The notes under the pieces were generated by a model, which was not told where the DNA came from, searched no databases, and worked only from the letters and a program-made list of their open reading frames with translations. 64,000 nucleotides of DNA from a bacterium (GTDB lineage: Bacteria; UBA10199; 2-02-FULL-50-16; JAJFLM01). How positions within the stretch are numbered: the stretch's first letter is position 1; every line of letters starts with the position of its first letter. Both the position numbers and the translations under genes were made by a program. The stretch spans positions 1,088,001 through 1,152,000 of the forward strand of contig CBDCFN010000016.1 in the NCBI GenBank assembly GCA_965216315.1. The letters are read 5' to 3'. Shown in pieces: positions 18,093 through 30,929 of the stretch.

Positions 18093-18314
18093 CCGTACCG
18101 ATATGACCACTTAGGACCAAGTGGTAATTTGTACTCTACAATCAGACATTTAGCACGCCTGCCTTGAAGTACACCTGAATCAAGAGAAGTCCTTATTGCG
18201 CCGCGTTATTATTAGTTGCGAATTAATTACGAGCGCGCTTGGGCATGGCGAAGGTGATTTCATTGACAGGGGGCCACTTTTGGGCGAACTTCCAATTCTT
18301 TTAAGGATTACAGC

Positions 18315-20705
18315 ATGTTTCGACGGTTTACTGAAAAATACCTCAACTTGAGTCTCCGCTTTTGGATCGTCGTCTTGGTCGTCGCCGGGGCGGTGGCGGT
18401 GCCTTCGTTTCAGCGGACCATCGGGATGTTTAAGAACATCGACACTGATCTGGCCAATTTGCTGCCCGAGTCCTATCCGAGTGTCCAACTCATCGAGAAG
18501 GTCCGCGATAAATTGGCGAGTTCGGGGAATCTGTGGGTTATTCTCGAGGGACCTGACCGGGAAGTGATTCTGCCATTCCTGCGTGAAGTCGTCCAACAGT
18601 TGCAACAGCATCCGCAAATCCATGATGTCGAGTATCAAAAACCCGGCTTTGACTTTTTTGACGAGCACAAGCTGCTCTATGTCTCCTTGGATGATCTCAA
18701 GGACATAAAGGTGAGCATCGATCGTAAGATCCAGCGCGAAAAACTCGGGGGCTTTTACATCAGCTTTGAGGATGAGCAGGAGGCGCCGAAGAGTTTTGAT
18801 GATCTGATTGCTAAATATAAAGGCGAGTATTCGAGCGGTGTACGGAGTCCGTATTATGAGAGTGACGATGGAAAGGTATTTCTGATTAATGTGAAGCCGA
18901 CCGGGAAGTCCAGTGATTTTAAATTTGCCAAGCAGTTCTATAAAAGCGTGCGTGAGCAGTTGGCCGACTTTCGGCCGGAATCGCGCCACAAAGACATTGT
19001 CATCTATTACGCAGGATCGATTCGAACCCGTGTCGATGAGTACGGGTCCCTGATGGGAGATCTTGCGACTGCCGGATATGTTGCGGGTATCGGGATGTTG
19101 TTATTGCTGATGTTGGTATTTCGAGGGATACGCCCGATTCTTTTAGTGTTGATCCCATTATGTCTCAGCATACTTTATACCTTTGGGATTGCCTCGTTCT
19201 TTGTCAAAGGGTTCAACACCGTGACGGCCTTTATGTTTGCCATCATGATGGGGCTTGGAATTGATTTTGGTATTCATATGGTGTCCCGATATCTGGAGGC
19301 GCGTAGTCTCGGTGCTGAACGACGGGATGGTTTATTTCAGGTGCTCTATTATGTCGGGCGGGCTTCTTGGACGTCGGCTGTGACGACGGCGACGGCCTTT
19401 TTTCTGCTGCTCATCGTCGACTTCAAGGGCTTTGCGGAGTTCGGTTTGATCGCCGGTATTGGCATTATCACTTCTTTTGTTACTTATTGGCTTTTGCTTC
19501 CGGCGTGGACTCGCTGCTTGGAATTGTTCGGGCCGATGCGGCGTGCGCCGGTGCCATTTTTGAAATTTTTGACACGCTTTGCGACGTTTCCGCGGCCAAA
19601 ACTCATCTTTGGGGTGACCATGGGTATAACGGCATTGAGCATTGCGGCTTTTCCGTGGGTGGGCTTCGAATACGATTACGGCAAACTAAGATCTCATTTG
19701 CCTAAGGCGGAGAAGGCGCGGAGCATGGAGCAGCGGGTACGACAACGTCGTCCGAATCCGGCCGTTGTGTTTATTAATGGTCAGGAAGATGCCGATGCGC
19801 TCGAGCTTGCAGTTAATGAAATAAAACAGAAAGAAGGTTCTCTCATCGATAAGTTCGCATCGATGTATTCACTTGTTCCGGAACAGCAAAGTGAAAAGCA
19901 AGTGGTCATGAGTGAAATCGACGAGTTGCTCCAGGATGATGTGATCGAGAAATTAGTTAAGGATAAAGATAAAAAGGAGATTGAAGATTTTCGGCGGTCA
20001 TTAAAGGTAGATAATGTGACCCTGGAAGATGTGCCGGAGATGACAAAGGCTAAATTTATCGGGGATGAAACCATTCCCGGTACGGTTGGGCTCATTGTTC
20101 CAAAGGCGGGAATCGAACTCCATGATGGGCGCCATGCGATTAAATTTGCGAATGAGATCCAGGTTATTGAAACATCGCGGGGAAAGTTTGATGCTTCGAG
20201 CGACGCCATTATCTTTGCTAACGTACTATCGGTTATGCTCGAGGAGACGCGTATCGCTATTCCGCTAGCTTTTTTGGGCGTATTTCTCTTTCTTGTCTTG
20301 GATTTTAGAAACCCCAAAAAAGTAATTGCTGTACTTGTGCCGTGGATTTCAGGAGTACTGTGGATGTCGGGGGCTATGGTGCTGATGGGAATACGCTTGA
20401 ATTTTTACAACGTATTTATACCTGCCGCGGTGTTTGGTATGGGTATTGACTATTCGGTCCATATTTTTCACCGCTTTTTGGAAAAGACTTCGGATGTGCC
20501 GGCAGCTGTCGCCTCGGCAGGTCGGGCGGTTATTATTGCCGGATTAACCACGATGATTGGTTTCTCTGGGTTGGCTTTGGCCAATCATCGTGGTTTGCAG
20601 TCAATGGGTTGGCTGGCGATTGTAGGGATTTTTTCGAGTATGGTGTGTTCTCTGACGATGCTGCCGGCAGCCCTGGAAATATGGAGAAAGAAGCCACGTT
20701 CATGA
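18315..20705 (+). CDS. MMPL/RND family transporter
   Basis: Two repeats of periplasmic loop plus TM bundle; GLGIDFGIH and GMGIDYSVH. Confidence 0.9.
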   Translation: MFRRFTEKYLNLSLRFWIVVLVVAGAVAVPSFQRTIGMFKNIDTDLANLLPESYPSVQLIEKVRDKLASSGNLWVILEGPDREVILPFLREVVQQLQQHPQIHDVEYQKPGFDFFDEHKLLYVSLDDLKDIKVSIDRKIQREKLGGFYISFEDEQEAPKSFDDLIAKYKGEYSSGVRSPYYESDDGKVFLINVKPTGKSSDFKFAKQFYKSVREQLADFRPESRHKDIVIYYAGSIRTRVDEYGSLMGDLATAGYVAGIGMLLLLMLVFRGIRPILLVLIPLCLSILYTFGIASFFVKGFNTVTAFMFAIMMGLGIDFGIHMVSRYLEARSLGAERRDGLFQVLYYVGRASWTSAVTTATAFFLLLIVDFKGFAEFGLIAGIGIITSFVTYWLLLPAWTRCLELFGPMRRAPVPFLKFLTRFATFPRPKLIFGVTMGITALSIAAFPWVGFEYDYGKLRSHLPKAEKARSMEQRVRQRRPNPAVVFINGQEDADALELAVNEIKQKEGSLIDKFASMYSLVPEQQSEKQVVMSEIDELLQDDVIEKLVKDKDKKEIEDFRRSLKVDNVTLEDVPEMTKAKFIGDETIPGTVGLIVPKAGIELHDGRHAIKFANEIQVIETSRGKFDASSDAIIFANVLSVMLEETRIAIPLAFLGVFLFLVLDFRNPKKVIAVLVPWISGVLWMSGAMVLMGIRLNFYNVFIPAAVFGMGIDYSVHIFHRFLEKTSDVPAAVASAGRAVIIAGLTTMIGFSGLALANHRGLQSMGWLAIVGIFSSMVCSLTMLPAALEIWRKKPRS

Positions 20706-22177
20706 TTACGCTTCAGAAATTTAAAAAACTGGCTGAATCGCACAATCTTATCGTGTTGGATGAAGAAATTATTGCGGATACGGAGACACCTGTCTCCGTT
20801 TTTCAGCGTTTTCGCGATGAACCCTATAGTTTTTTATTGGAGAGTGTCGAGGGTCAAGAACGCTGGGCCCAGTATAGCTTTATTGGTTTTCAACCGCTGG
20901 AACTCTTTCGGAGTTACGGCCATAATATAGAGATAAAGGGAAGGCGCGGGGAATGGAAGGCTAAAAAAGTTGATGATCCCCTAGCGGAGTTAGGGAAGAT
21001 TTTGAAGAAATATAAGGTCCCGGATCTTCCCGGCTTACCGCGTTTCTCGAGTGGTGCTGTCGGCTATCTGGGCTATGATGTGGTGCGTTTTATCGAGAAA
21101 ATGCCTCGGGTAAAGCAAGAGGCGACCGATCCATGGGACTGCTTCTTTATGGTTCCGCAGGTATTATTGGTTTTTGATAATCGTGAACATTCACTGCATG
21201 TACTCTATCATGTGCCGATACCGAAGCGGGCTGATCTCAAGGATCTCTATGAAAAGGCTCGGACCGAGCTCCGCGAATTAGTGGTACGACTTCGGCAATC
21301 TAGTTTAGGCGTGGTTAAAAAACCTTTACCGGAAGCAGGCAAGCCCAACTTTAGGGCGCTGTGGAAAAAAGAGTCTTTCATTAAAGCGGTACGTCAGACC
21401 CAGGAGTATATCCGAGCGGGTGATTGTATCCAGACGGTCTTGAGTCTGCGCTTTCGAGCTCCCTATAAAGGAGACAGCTTTAATATTTATCGCGCTTTGC
21501 GCCGTGTAAATCCGTCTCCGTATTTGTATTACCTGCATATGGAGGATCATGATGTCGTCGGTGCGTCACCGGAGACAATGGTGCGACTCGAGGCAGGAAT
21601 GCTGACTTTGAGGCCGATTGCTGGAACGCGTCCGCGGGGCAAAACAGAAGCGGAAGATAAGGCTTACGAAGCCGATTTGTTGGCTGACCCTAAGGAGTGT
21701 GCTGAGCATATCATGCTTGTTGACTTGGGTCGTAATGACTTAGGTCGCGTTGGTAAGAGCGGAAGTGTCGAGGTTAATGAGTTTATGGTTATCGAACGCT
21801 ACTCGCATGTGATGCATATTGTGTCCAATGTGCGTGCTGAGTTAAAGAAACAGAAATCAGCGCTGGATGTGCTGCGCGCCACTTTTCCGGCCGGGACGCT
21901 TTCCGGTGCTCCTAAGGTGCGGGCCATGGAGATTATTTACGAATTCGAACCGACACGCAGGGGTGTCTATGGCGGTTGCATCGGGTATATCGATTTTTCA
22001 GGGAATATGGATACAGCCATAGCCATACGCACGGCAATTGTTCATAAGGGTCAAGTTGAGGTTCAGGCGGGTGCCGGTATAGTCGTCGATTCAAGGCCTG
22101 AGAATGAATACGATGAGTGTATGAACAAGGCAAAGGCCATTATGCATGCTGTCGAGATGGCACAGAAGGATTACTAA
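20702..22177 (+). CDS. trpE: Anthranilate synthase component I
   Basis: [46 protein letters not shown] overlap with the upstream gene. Confidence 0.97.
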   Translation: MITLQKFKKLAESHNLIVLDEEIIADTETPVSVFQRFRDEPYSFLLESVEGQERWAQYSFIGFQPLELFRSYGHNIEIKGRRGEWKAKKVDDPLAELGKILKKYKVPDLPGLPRFSSGAVGYLGYDVVRFIEKMPRVKQEATDPWDCFFMVPQVLLVFDNREHSLHVLYHVPIPKRADLKDLYEKARTELRELVVRLRQSSLGVVKKPLPEAGKPNFRALWKKESFIKAVRQTQEYIRAGDCIQTVLSLRFRAPYKGDSFNIYRALRRVNPSPYLYYLHMEDHDVVGASPETMVRLEAGMLTLRPIAGTRPRGKTEAEDKAYEADLLADPKECAEHIMLVDLGRNDLGRVGKSGSVEVNEFMVIERYSHVMHIVSNVRAELKKQKSALDVLRATFPAGTLSGAPKVRAMEIIYEFEPTRRGVYGGCIGYIDFSGNMDTAIAIRTAIVHKGQVEVQAGAGIVVDSRPENEYDECMNKAKAIMHAVEMAQKDY

Positions 22178-22752
22178 TGCTGTTGATGATCGATAACTAC
22201 GATTCGTTTACCTATAATTTAGTCCAGTATTTTATGGAGCTGGGGGAGGATGTGCAAGTTTATCGTAATGATGCCATTACGCTTAAAAAAATTACTGCGC
22301 TTAATCCTCGAAAAATTGTCGTTTCTCCCGGACCTTGTACGCCGAACGAGGCGGGAATTTCTCTTGCACTTATCAAGGCCTTTGCGGGAAAAATTCCTAT
22401 ATTAGGTGTCTGTCTGGGGCATCAGTCGATCGCGCAGGCCTTTGGGGGCGAAATTATCCGGGCCTATCGAATCATGCATGGTAAGACTTCGCAGGTGTAC
22501 CATGATGGTAAGACCTTATTTAAAGATATCGACCAACCCTTTGAGGCGACGAGATACCACTCGTTGCTTGTTAATCGAGAAGCGTTGCCTGATTGTTTTG
22601 AGATCAGTGCTTGGACACGCGAACAGGAAATTATGGGGTTAAGGCATAAGGAACTTTTTGTGGAAGGTATTCAATTTCATCCCGAATCTATTCTGACGAA
22701 AGCAGGTAAGTCCCTGCTGAACAATTTCCTGGTAAGATGTTCACAGACGTAA
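22177..22752 (+). CDS. trpG: Anthranilate synthase component II
   Basis: [27 protein letters not shown]. Confidence 0.96.
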   Translation: MLLMIDNYDSFTYNLVQYFMELGEDVQVYRNDAITLKKITALNPRKIVVSPGPCTPNEAGISLALIKAFAGKIPILGVCLGHQSIAQAFGGEIIRAYRIMHGKTSQVYHDGKTLFKDIDQPFEATRYHSLLVNREALPDCFEISAWTREQEIMGLRHKELFVEGIQFHPESILTKAGKSLLNNFLVRCSQT

Positions 22753-23750
22753 TTGAAAAGCTCCGACAAGGCAATTCCCTGGACGAGGCGAGCATGGAGT
22801 CCGTTATGGAAGAGATCATGACGGGTGAAGTTGCACAGGGTGATCTTGCTGCTTTTTTAATCGCATTGCGTGATAAAGGCGAGAGTATTGAGGAGATCAG
22901 CGCAGCGGCGCGCGTGATGCGTCGTCATGCGATACAATGCCGTGGAATACCCGAAGGAGTTGTCGATACATGTGGGACCGGGGGGGATAATAAAGGAACG
23001 TTTAACATATCGACAGCGGCGGCCTTCGTTGTGGCGGGTGCCGGAGTTCCGGTCGCTAAGCATGGTAATCGTTCTGTGAGCTCGAAATCAGGAAGTGCTG
23101 ACGTCCTTGAGGCTCTTGGGGTGACTATCGAATTAGGCCCTGAACAAGTTGAGAAATGTCTTCAAGAAGTCGGGATCGCTTTCTTTTTCGCGAGGAGATT
23201 TCATCCGGCGATGAAACACGTCGCTGCGGCACGTCAAGAGGTCGGCACGCGGACGATCTTTAATCTGTTGGGCCCGTTGACAAATCCGGCCGGGGCAAAG
23301 CGCCAGTTGATCGGTGTTTTTGATGAAAAATGGTGCCAACCATTAGCTCAGGTGCTGGCTAATTTAGGTTCTGAACATGTCATGGTTGTTCATGGTATGG
23401 ACGGACTCGATGAGGTCAGCTTGACGACAAAGACCATCTTTGCAGAGTATAAGGAGGGTCTCGTTGAGGTTGGAGAAATTGACCCTGAATCGCTTGGTTT
23501 GACGCTTTGTAAGCCTGAGGATCTATTGGGAGGGGATGCGGCGCATAACGCGCATTTATTACGCGGTTTGCTCGAAGGCTATGAGTCGCCATTACGTGAT
23601 GCGGTGTTGTTGAATGCGGCCGCAGCACTTGTCGTAGCCGGACGCGCCGCTGATATTCACGATGGGATTAGCATTGCCTCTAAATCACTCGCGCAAGGCA
23701 AGGCCTTAAGTAAATTAAGGGAGCTCATTGAAGTAAGTCGATCAGTATAG
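22737..23750 (+). CDS. trpD: Anthranilate phosphoribosyltransferase
   Basis: [28 protein letters not shown]. Confidence 0.97.
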   Translation: MFTDVIEKLRQGNSLDEASMESVMEEIMTGEVAQGDLAAFLIALRDKGESIEEISAAARVMRRHAIQCRGIPEGVVDTCGTGGDNKGTFNISTAAAFVVAGAGVPVAKHGNRSVSSKSGSADVLEALGVTIELGPEQVEKCLQEVGIAFFFARRFHPAMKHVAAARQEVGTRTIFNLLGPLTNPAGAKRQLIGVFDEKWCQPLAQVLANLGSEHVMVVHGMDGLDEVSLTTKTIFAEYKEGLVEVGEIDPESLGLTLCKPEDLLGGDAAHNAHLLRGLLEGYESPLRDAVLLNAAAALVVAGRAADIHDGISIASKSLAQGKALSKLRELIEVSRSV

Positions 23751-23752
23751 AG

Positions 23753-24565
23753 ATGAATTATTTAGATAAAATCTGTAGTTATAAAAAGGAAGAGCTTGAG
23801 AGTGCCCAGAGGAAACGTCCACTCGCAGATCTTCGTGCGCGTGCCAATGACGTCGAGCCAGCGCGTGATTTCTATGCGGCATTGACGTCTGGTGGAAGTG
23901 AACGCCTATTTATTATAGCTGAAATTAAGAAGGCCTCGCCCTCGCGTGGGATTATTGTTGAGGACTTTGACCCGCTGCGCATAGCTCATATGTATGAAGA
24001 AAACGGAGCTGCAGCCATATCCGTGTTGACAGACGAACATTTTTTTCAAGGTAACCTGGCTTATCTTAAGCAAATTCGTCAGCATGTAAAACTCCCCTTA
24101 TTGAGAAAAGATTTTACCCTCAACGAGTACCATATATATGAAGCGCGTGCAGCAGAGGCCGATGCCGTTTTATTGATTGCACGCATCTTAGAGCCCAGTC
24201 AGTTGTGGGATTACCGTGATTTGGCTCAAGAACTGGGAATGAGTGTGCTCATCGAAGTCCATAGTCAGGATGAAGTGGATGAAGTGCTGGTGGGTCAGTC
24301 GGAGGCCTGTTTTCGTGCTTCGCTGCTAGGAGTCAACAACCGGAACCTAACGACCTTTGAGACGGATTTAGCGGCTTCGGAGCAGCTTGCGGCCCATTTA
24401 TCAATGAAACTTCCCTTGGTTGCTGAAAGTGGTATTCATAAGCGAGAAGATATTGAACGGTTGGAGAAGGCCGGTATCAGGATTTTCTTGATAGGGGAGT
24501 CCCTCTTGGCGGCTTCTGATCCGGCTCATAAATTGCGAGAATTATTGGGACATGGCGCTCGTTAA
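23753..24565 (+). CDS. trpC: Indole-3-glycerol phosphate synthase
   Basis: IAEIKKASPS, SVLTD, LRKDF, GVNNRNL, AESGI. Confidence 0.97.
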   Translation: MNYLDKICSYKKEELESAQRKRPLADLRARANDVEPARDFYAALTSGGSERLFIIAEIKKASPSRGIIVEDFDPLRIAHMYEENGAAAISVLTDEHFFQGNLAYLKQIRQHVKLPLLRKDFTLNEYHIYEARAAEADAVLLIARILEPSQLWDYRDLAQELGMSVLIEVHSQDEVDEVLVGQSEACFRASLLGVNNRNLTTFETDLAASEQLAAHLSMKLPLVAESGIHKREDIERLEKAGIRIFLIGESLLAASDPAHKLRELLGHGAR

Positions 24566-25184
24566 GATCTGCGGCATTACGAATGAAGAAGACGCACTGG
24601 CCGCGATCGAAGCAGGGGCCGATGCTTTGGGCTTTAATTTCTATTCGAAGAGTCCTCGTTATATTGATATTGAAACAGCGCGCGAGATTAGTTTGGCGAT
24701 GCCGGAGTCAATTCTGAAGGTCGGTGTTTTTGTTGATGCCCCCGAAGAGCAAGTGCGTGTCCATTCTCAGGTAGCGGCACTTGATTACCTCCAATTTCAC
24801 GGAGATGAAACACCGTATTATTGTGAGCAATTTGCGACGCCCTATTGGAAAGCATTTCGCTTGCGTGACGAGAAGACGTTGGCATTGATGGAAAAGTTTG
24901 AACCTTATGCCTATCTGGTTGATGCTTATCAAGAAGGGATGTTAGGAGGGACCGGTACAGTCGCTGATTGGGACCTGGCAGTTAAAGCGGGTCAGTTAGG
25001 TCGCCTCGTTCTCGCCGGGGGGCTGAGCCCGGATAACGTCGAAATGGCACTTGCGACGGTGCGTCCATGGTGTATTGATGTCTGTAGCGGGATTGAAACG
25101 CGGCCGGGAATCAAAGACCCTGTAGCGATGATAGAATTTATTAAACGTGTAAAGGAATTCAACGAAGGTGAAACGACAACCTGA
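24552..25184 (+). CDS. trpF: Phosphoribosylanthranilate isomerase
   Basis: VKICGIT, QFHGDE, LAGGL, DVCSGIE. Confidence 0.96.
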   Translation: MALVKICGITNEEDALAAIEAGADALGFNFYSKSPRYIDIETAREISLAMPESILKVGVFVDAPEEQVRVHSQVAALDYLQFHGDETPYYCEQFATPYWKAFRLRDEKTLALMEKFEPYAYLVDAYQEGMLGGTGTVADWDLAVKAGQLGRLVLAGGLSPDNVEMALATVRPWCIDVCSGIETRPGIKDPVAMIEFIKRVKEFNEGETTT

Positions 25185-26361
25185 CAAGCGAGGTCATTTT
25201 GGTGATTTTGGCGGTATGTATGTCGCTGAAACCCTGATGTATCCATTACAAGAGCTCGAAGAGGCCTACCGGACTATAGTCCAGCGACCTGCCTTTCGTG
25301 AAGAATTAGCTGATTATGCCAGGCGTTATGTGGGGCGGCCGACTCCGCTTTATTATGCCAAGCGGCTCAGTGAAAGAATTGGCGGTGCGCGCATTTATCT
25401 CAAGCGCGAAGATCTCTGTCATACGGGCGCCCACAAAGTAAACAATACCTTGGGGCAATGTTTGCTTGCTCAAAAAATGGGTAAGCAGCGAATAATCGCC
25501 GAGACGGGAGCGGGACAACACGGAGTGGCAACGGCGACAATGACGGCACTCTTGGGGCAAGAATGTGAAGTTTATATGGGTGACGAGGATATCCATCGCC
25601 AACAGCCCAATTTTTTTCGCATGCGTTTGCTGGGAGCCAAGGTGATTCCAGTGCATTCAGGCTCAAAAACGCTTAAGGACGCTCTGAATGAGGCTTTGCG
25701 AGACTGGATCACCAATGTGGCGACAACACATTATTGTATCGGGACGGTGGCGGGACCTCATCCTTACCCCGAGATGGTTCGAGATTTTCAGGCAGTGATT
25801 GGGGAGGAAACGAAAAAGCAATTTCGTGAATTCTCAAAACGACCTCCTGACTATTTAGTGGCCTGTATTGGTGGTGGGTCTAATGCGATTGGACTTTTTT
25901 ATCCGTTTTTAAAAAATAAGCGAGTTGGGATCTATGGAGTGGAAGCGGCAGGTGAGGGGCTGAAGACAGGGCGTCATGCGGCCTCATTGCTTAAAGGAGA
26001 TATTGGCATCCTGCATGGCTCAAAATCCTACGTTGTGCAAACAGGTGAAGGTCAAATTATTCCGACTCATTCAATTTCAGCAGGCCTTGATTACCCGGGT
26101 GTCGGTCCGGAACACAGTTACTTGAAAGATACGGGTCGTGTTCAGTATGTTGCTGCGACGGATAAAGACGCCATGAATGCCTTTGAAGTTCTTTCAAAGA
26201 CGGAAGGAATCATTCCCGCGCTGGAGAGTGCGCATGCGGTCGCTTATGCCATGAAGCTGGCACGCAAACTGGCTAAGAGTAAGCGCATTGTTGTTAACTT
26301 ATCGGGGCGGGGAGATAAAGATCTCAATACGGCGGCCGAATGGTTTGGAGTTAAGTTATAA
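25168..26361 (+). CDS. trpB: Tryptophan synthase beta chain
   Basis: [35 protein letters not shown]. Confidence 0.98.
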   Translation: MKRQPDKRGHFGDFGGMYVAETLMYPLQELEEAYRTIVQRPAFREELADYARRYVGRPTPLYYAKRLSERIGGARIYLKREDLCHTGAHKVNNTLGQCLLAQKMGKQRIIAETGAGQHGVATATMTALLGQECEVYMGDEDIHRQQPNFFRMRLLGAKVIPVHSGSKTLKDALNEALRDWITNVATTHYCIGTVAGPHPYPEMVRDFQAVIGEETKKQFREFSKRPPDYLVACIGGGSNAIGLFYPFLKNKRVGIYGVEAAGEGLKTGRHAASLLKGDIGILHGSKSYVVQTGEGQIIPTHSISAGLDYPGVGPEHSYLKDTGRVQYVAATDKDAMNAFEVLSKTEGIIPALESAHAVAYAMKLARKLAKSKRIVVNLSGRGDKDLNTAAEWFGVKL

Positions 26362-27143
26362 TGTCACGAATTGATGCAACATTTGCGACTCTAAAGAAGC
26401 GGGGGCAAAAAGCCCTTATTCCTTTCATTACGGCAGGTGATCCATCACTGGCAAAGACAAAAGCCTACGTCAAAGCCTTGGTTGATGGAGGGGCTGATAT
26501 TATTGAGCTCGGTATGCCATTCAGTGATCCGATGGCGGACGGACCCGTTATCCAGGAGGCGGATGAAAGGGCGCTTAAGCATGGAACTAACTTAACGGGA
26601 ATATTGCGTCTTGTTAGCGAATTGAGGCGTCAGGTCTCCGTGCCGATTGTTTTGATGGGTTATTATAATCCCGTGTATCGCTATGGGATTAAAAAATTTT
26701 CACGGGATGCGCAGCGTGCAGGCGTAGATGGATGTCTTTTGGCTGATTTGCCATTAGAAGAATCAGATGAAGTTTTGGGGGCTTTCAACGCACGGGATAT
26801 TGATTTTATCTATCTTTTAGCCCCGACCAGTAACGTGAAGCGCGTCAAAGGGATTGCCAAAAAAGCGAGTGGGTATTTGTATTATGTTTCTATGACCGGA
26901 ATCACGGGGGCGCAGTTGAACCAGCTAAAGGGCGTGCAGCAAAAAGTAAGGACGATTCGTCGGTATGCGAAGCAGCCACTTGCTGTTGGTTTTGGCATTT
27001 CGAAGCCGGCGCAGGCGCGTGCGGTTGCAAAGTTTGCCGATGGTGTTGTGGTGGGAAGCGCCTTTGTTAAGCAAATAGGCAAGGGTGTGCCACCAAAGGA
27101 AATCAAGCGAATGGCGGCTAGTTTTAAGAAGGCAATGAACTGA
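26361..27143 (+). CDS. trpA: Tryptophan synthase alpha chain
   Basis: [23 protein letters not shown]. Confidence 0.98.
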   Translation: MSRIDATFATLKKRGQKALIPFITAGDPSLAKTKAYVKALVDGGADIIELGMPFSDPMADGPVIQEADERALKHGTNLTGILRLVSELRRQVSVPIVLMGYYNPVYRYGIKKFSRDAQRAGVDGCLLADLPLEESDEVLGAFNARDIDFIYLLAPTSNVKRVKGIAKKASGYLYYVSMTGITGAQLNQLKGVQQKVRTIRRYAKQPLAVGFGISKPAQARAVAKFADGVVVGSAFVKQIGKGVPPKEIKRMAASFKKAMN

Positions 27144-29593
27144 TGGAATCAAAGTACCATCCCCAAATTATCGAGAAGAAATGGCAGCAACGCTGGGAAG
27201 AAGCGAAGGCCTTTGTAGCCAGGGAAGGTGATCCTGAGCATAAGTATTATTGTCTGGAGATGTTTCCCTATCCATCGGGGCGTATCCATATGGGGCACGT
27301 TCGCAACTACTCAATAGGTGATGCGGTAGCACGCTATAAGAGCTTGCAGGGCTTCGACGTGCTTCATCCGATGGGTTGGGATGCGTTCGGATTGCCGGCG
27401 GAAAACGCGGCGATTGCTAATAAAGTTCATCCTATCCAGTGGACCCAGCAGAATATCAAGACAATGACCCAGCAATTGACCCGTATGGGGTTCTCTTACG
27501 ATTGGGATCGAGAGCTGGCGACTTGTGATCCGAATTATTATAAATGGGAGCAGCTGGTCTTTTTGCGTATGTATGAGAAGGGCCTGGCTTATCGGAAACA
27601 TTCATTAGTCAATTGGTGTCCGGGTTGTGAAACGGTATTGGCAAACGAGCAGGTTGAGCAAGGTCGTTGCTGGCGTTGTGAGTCAGAAGTGTCGCAAAAA
27701 CCATTAGAGCAGTGGTTTCTTAAGATAACGGATTACGCGGAGGAGTTGCACGACGATCTCGGACGACTTATAGGCTGGCCCGACAGAGTGCGAACCATGC
27801 AACGAGAATGGATTGGCCGTAGCGAAGGCGCCAAAATACGTTTTGCGCTCGAAGGGCATAGTGAAGACTTCATCGAGGTTTTTACAACGCGTCCGGATAC
27901 TTTGTTTGGTGTGACTTTCATGTCGCTTGCGCCTGAACATCATTTGGTGCGTTCGCTGGCAAATGCAGGAGGGCAAAAGGCTGAGGTTGAATCATTCTTA
28001 GAGCGCGTTGCCCATATTAGTCGCGAACAACGCTTAGCCGGTAGTTACGAGAAGGAAGGGGTGTTTACGGGGAGTTACTGTCAACATCCCATGACCGGAC
28101 AGGATATCCCCATCTATGTCGCTAACTTCGTATTGATGGAATACGGCACCGGTGCCGTCATGGCGGTGCCCGCGCACGATCAAAGGGATTATGAGTTTGC
28201 GCGCAAATATCGTCTGCCTATTCGTGTGGTTATACAGCCTGAGGATCGCCATCTGGAATCAGAAGAAATTGAAGCCGCCTATGAAGATCCGGGAATTATG
28301 GATAATTCTCCGGGCTTCAATGGAGAACCAAGCGGGGCTGGAAAGAAAAAGATAACCGCTGCCTTGGAGAAAAAGGGCTTAGGTGAAACGTCCATTCATT
28401 ACCGGTTGCGTGATTGGGGGGTGAGTCGTCAGCGATACTGGGGGGCTCCGATCCCGATTATTTATTGTGAGGTTTGTGGTGTTGTTCCCGTACCGGTAGA
28501 GCAGCTGCCGGTCACTTTGCCGGAGGATGCTCCGTTGGGTGGAGAAGGGGGCTCGCCATTGGCGCAGGTAGACCATTGGGTGCATACGGAATGCCCCAAG
28601 TGCCAAGGTGAAGCGCGTCGTGAAACGGATACCTTTGATACGTTTTTTGAGTCGTCCTGGTATTTTGCGCGTTATTGTTCACCGCATGAAGATAAGGATG
28701 TCGTGAATAAGGCAGCTGTTGAACATTGGATGCCCGTAGATCAGTACATCGGAGGGGTTGAGCATGCTGTCTTGCATCTGCTTTATGCACGATTCTTTAC
28801 GAAAGTACTCCGTGATTTCGGTTGGCTGAGTTGGGATGAACCCTTTAGGAATTTGCTTACGCAGGGGATGGTCATCAAGGGTGGTGCGAAAATGAGTAAA
28901 TCCAAGGGTAACGTCGTTGATCCTGACGAACTTATCGAGAAATATGGAGCTGATACGGCACGCCTGTTTTCTTTATTTGCAGCGCCGCCCGAAAAAGATC
29001 TGGATTGGAATGAGCAAGGCGTCGAAGGGATGTACCGTTTCTTGAAACGGCTCTGGAATACCGCTTTTGAGTTCATTAATAGCGAGTCGGAGGCGGCGAC
29101 ACAAGGTGAAGCTCTTCAACAAAAAATTCATCAGACAATTAAGAAAATGACGGATGACATGGAGCGCTTTCATTTTAATACGGCGATTTCGGCCATGATG
29201 GAACTGCTTAACGCCATTCCGCGTGCTGAAAATAAACAAGTTGTTGCATCGCCGATGGTTCGATCCGCTCTTGAGACGATCGTGGTTTGTCTTTGGCCAA
29301 TTGCTCCGCATATTTGCGAAGAAATTTGGGAGGCGCTGGGGCATCAGGAGGGCTTGTGGAAGCAGGTGTGGCCGGTTTACGATGAAGCCTATCTGAAAAG
29401 CGATGTGACTACGATTGTCGTGCAAGTCAACGGCAAGTTGAGAGCACGATTAGATCTTCCAGCTGATATTGATGAAGAGGGAGCGAAAGAGGCAGCGCTT
29501 GCAGAAGAAAAAGTAAGTAAACATGTTGCCGGCAAGACAATACGGAAGATAATTTTTGTAAAAGGAAAGTTGCTCAATATCGTCGCGACTTGA
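27143..29593 (+). CDS. leuS: Leucine--tRNA ligase
   Basis: FPYPSG HMGH, KMSKS, editing domain TTRPDT. Confidence 0.98.
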   Translation: MESKYHPQIIEKKWQQRWEEAKAFVAREGDPEHKYYCLEMFPYPSGRIHMGHVRNYSIGDAVARYKSLQGFDVLHPMGWDAFGLPAENAAIANKVHPIQWTQQNIKTMTQQLTRMGFSYDWDRELATCDPNYYKWEQLVFLRMYEKGLAYRKHSLVNWCPGCETVLANEQVEQGRCWRCESEVSQKPLEQWFLKITDYAEELHDDLGRLIGWPDRVRTMQREWIGRSEGAKIRFALEGHSEDFIEVFTTRPDTLFGVTFMSLAPEHHLVRSLANAGGQKAEVESFLERVAHISREQRLAGSYEKEGVFTGSYCQHPMTGQDIPIYVANFVLMEYGTGAVMAVPAHDQRDYEFARKYRLPIRVVIQPEDRHLESEEIEAAYEDPGIMDNSPGFNGEPSGAGKKKITAALEKKGLGETSIHYRLRDWGVSRQRYWGAPIPIIYCEVCGVVPVPVEQLPVTLPEDAPLGGEGGSPLAQVDHWVHTECPKCQGEARRETDTFDTFFESSWYFARYCSPHEDKDVVNKAAVEHWMPVDQYIGGVEHAVLHLLYARFFTKVLRDFGWLSWDEPFRNLLTQGMVIKGGAKMSKSKGNVVDPDELIEKYGADTARLFSLFAAPPEKDLDWNEQGVEGMYRFLKRLWNTAFEFINSESEAATQGEALQQKIHQTIKKMTDDMERFHFNTAISAMMELLNAIPRAENKQVVASPMVRSALETIVVCLWPIAPHICEEIWEALGHQEGLWKQVWPVYDEAYLKSDVTTIVVQVNGKLRARLDLPADIDEEGAKEAALAEEKVSKHVAGKTIRKIIFVKGKLLNIVAT

Positions 29594-30540
29594 ATCAAAT
29601 GATCTATTTAGCAGTAGGCGACATTCCATTTCTGCAGGATCGTGCGCTGGCTCGGATCCGTAAAGAGCAGGGCGGGCGCCAGCCGGATAGTTTCTTTGGC
29701 CCCGAACTCAATGTTAAGTCCCTCCAAGAGGTCTGTTGTAATCTTTCTCTCTTAGGCGATACGCCCTTTATAATCGTGCGTTCCGCTGAGCGGATCGCTA
29801 AAAAGTCGCAGACTTTGCTTTTAGATTTTCTGCCCGCTGTTCCCGATGATGTCTGTCTTGTATTTGTTGCCGAGAAAATTGATAAGCGCCTCAAGTTCTG
29901 GCAGCGACTTGTTAAGTTGGCTGAACTTATCTCATGCGAGGCCCCCCCGCCGCGAGAACGGCGTCAGTGGCTTGAAAAAGAAGCCAGGCGTCGCGGTCTT
30001 GAAGTCGCTGCCGATGCGCGCAGTATCTTGATTGAAGTCGGGCAGGCTGATTTCAGTCAGGCTCTACTGCTTTTAGATAAGCTTGCCATTTATCTTGGTG
30101 ATTCGAAGCGGGTCGATCGTGAGGCGATCGAAGCCTGTTGCATCGGAGGGTCTCCGGTCAAGATATTCGAGTGGGCCGATGCTGTCGGGGCGGCGGACTG
30201 GAAGAAGGCATTAATGATACTGCAGGGTTTGTGGATCAACCAAGAGGCGCCGTTGGCGGTACTGGCCTTGTTGGTTAGGCACTATCGCATTCTACTGCGT
30301 GCCGTCGAAAACAGGGCGTTATGGGGACGCCCACAAGAGATGGCCCGTGTCCTCGGTGTTCCGCCATTTACGGTTGATCGTTATCTGCAGCAGGCCCGTC
30401 ACTATCGTCGCGAGGATCTCATCGGTTTGTGGCAAGAACTTCAGTCTTGCGATCGCCAGCTAAAATCCAGCCCTGGCAAGAAAGAGTTGGAAGTCGAAAA
30501 ACTTTTTCTGAATATTCGTAGATTAAGAAAGGCAAGTTAG
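29590..30540 (+). CDS. holA: DNA polymerase III subunit delta
   Basis: Size, position between leuS and rps[19 protein letters not shown]. Confidence 0.85.
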   Translation: MNQMIYLAVGDIPFLQDRALARIRKEQGGRQPDSFFGPELNVKSLQEVCCNLSLLGDTPFIIVRSAERIAKKSQTLLLDFLPAVPDDVCLVFVAEKIDKRLKFWQRLVKLAELISCEAPPPRERRQWLEKEARRRGLEVAADARSILIEVGQADFSQALLLLDKLAIYLGDSKRVDREAIEACCIGGSPVKIFEWADAVGAADWKKALMILQGLWINQEAPLAVLALLVRHYRILLRAVENRALWGRPQEMARVLGVPPFTVDRYLQQARHYRREDLIGLWQELQSCDRQLKSSPGKKELEVEKLFLNIRRLRKAS

Positions 30541-30550
30541 CCGTTAGGCC

Positions 30551-30847
30551 CTATGAAAGCCTGTCAAGGCGGCTATTGAGACGGGAGATCTTCCGGTGTC
30601 CGGTTTTGACGTTGATCAGACCTTTTTTGATGGCGCGATCTGTCAGGGATTGAGTCTTAATGAAGAGTTCTTGCGCCGCCTTCTTATCAACGCCTTCGAT
30701 GGCTTGAATAAGCTTTTTGGTGACGGTTCGAACCGTCGACAAGGCGGGCTTATTCGACTCTTTGCGCCTTTCGCTCTGGCGATGGCGCTTGATGACGCTT
30801 AAGTGCCTTCCCGAGCCTAATTTCTTTTTCTTTCCGTCTGTGGCCAT
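30551..30847 (-). CDS. rpsT: 30S ribosomal protein S20
   Basis: HLSVIKRHRQ, KKGLIN...RKISRL; start at ATG 30847. Confidence 0.92.
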   Translation of the reverse strand: MATDGKKKKLGSGRHLSVIKRHRQSERRKESNKPALSTVRTVTKKLIQAIEGVDKKAAQELFIKTQSLTDRAIKKGLINVKTGHRKISRLNSRLDRLS

Positions 30848-30857
30848 TGGACGGAAT

Positions 30858-30886
30858 GTGGTAGCACCGAGCCTCCAGCGTGTCAA
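30858..30886 (-). promoter_or_regulatory. sigma70-like promoter of rpsT
   Basis: Minus strand TTGACA-N17-TACCAC with extended TG. Confidence 0.5.
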
Positions 30887-30929
30887 TTCTATTCTTGCCA
30901 AGTGCGGGCGGACCGGTTAGCGAAGGTTT

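Noticed and set aside
18180..18989. 269 aa antisense ORF
   Set aside because: Opposite strand of the well-supported MMPL gene; no recognisable features.
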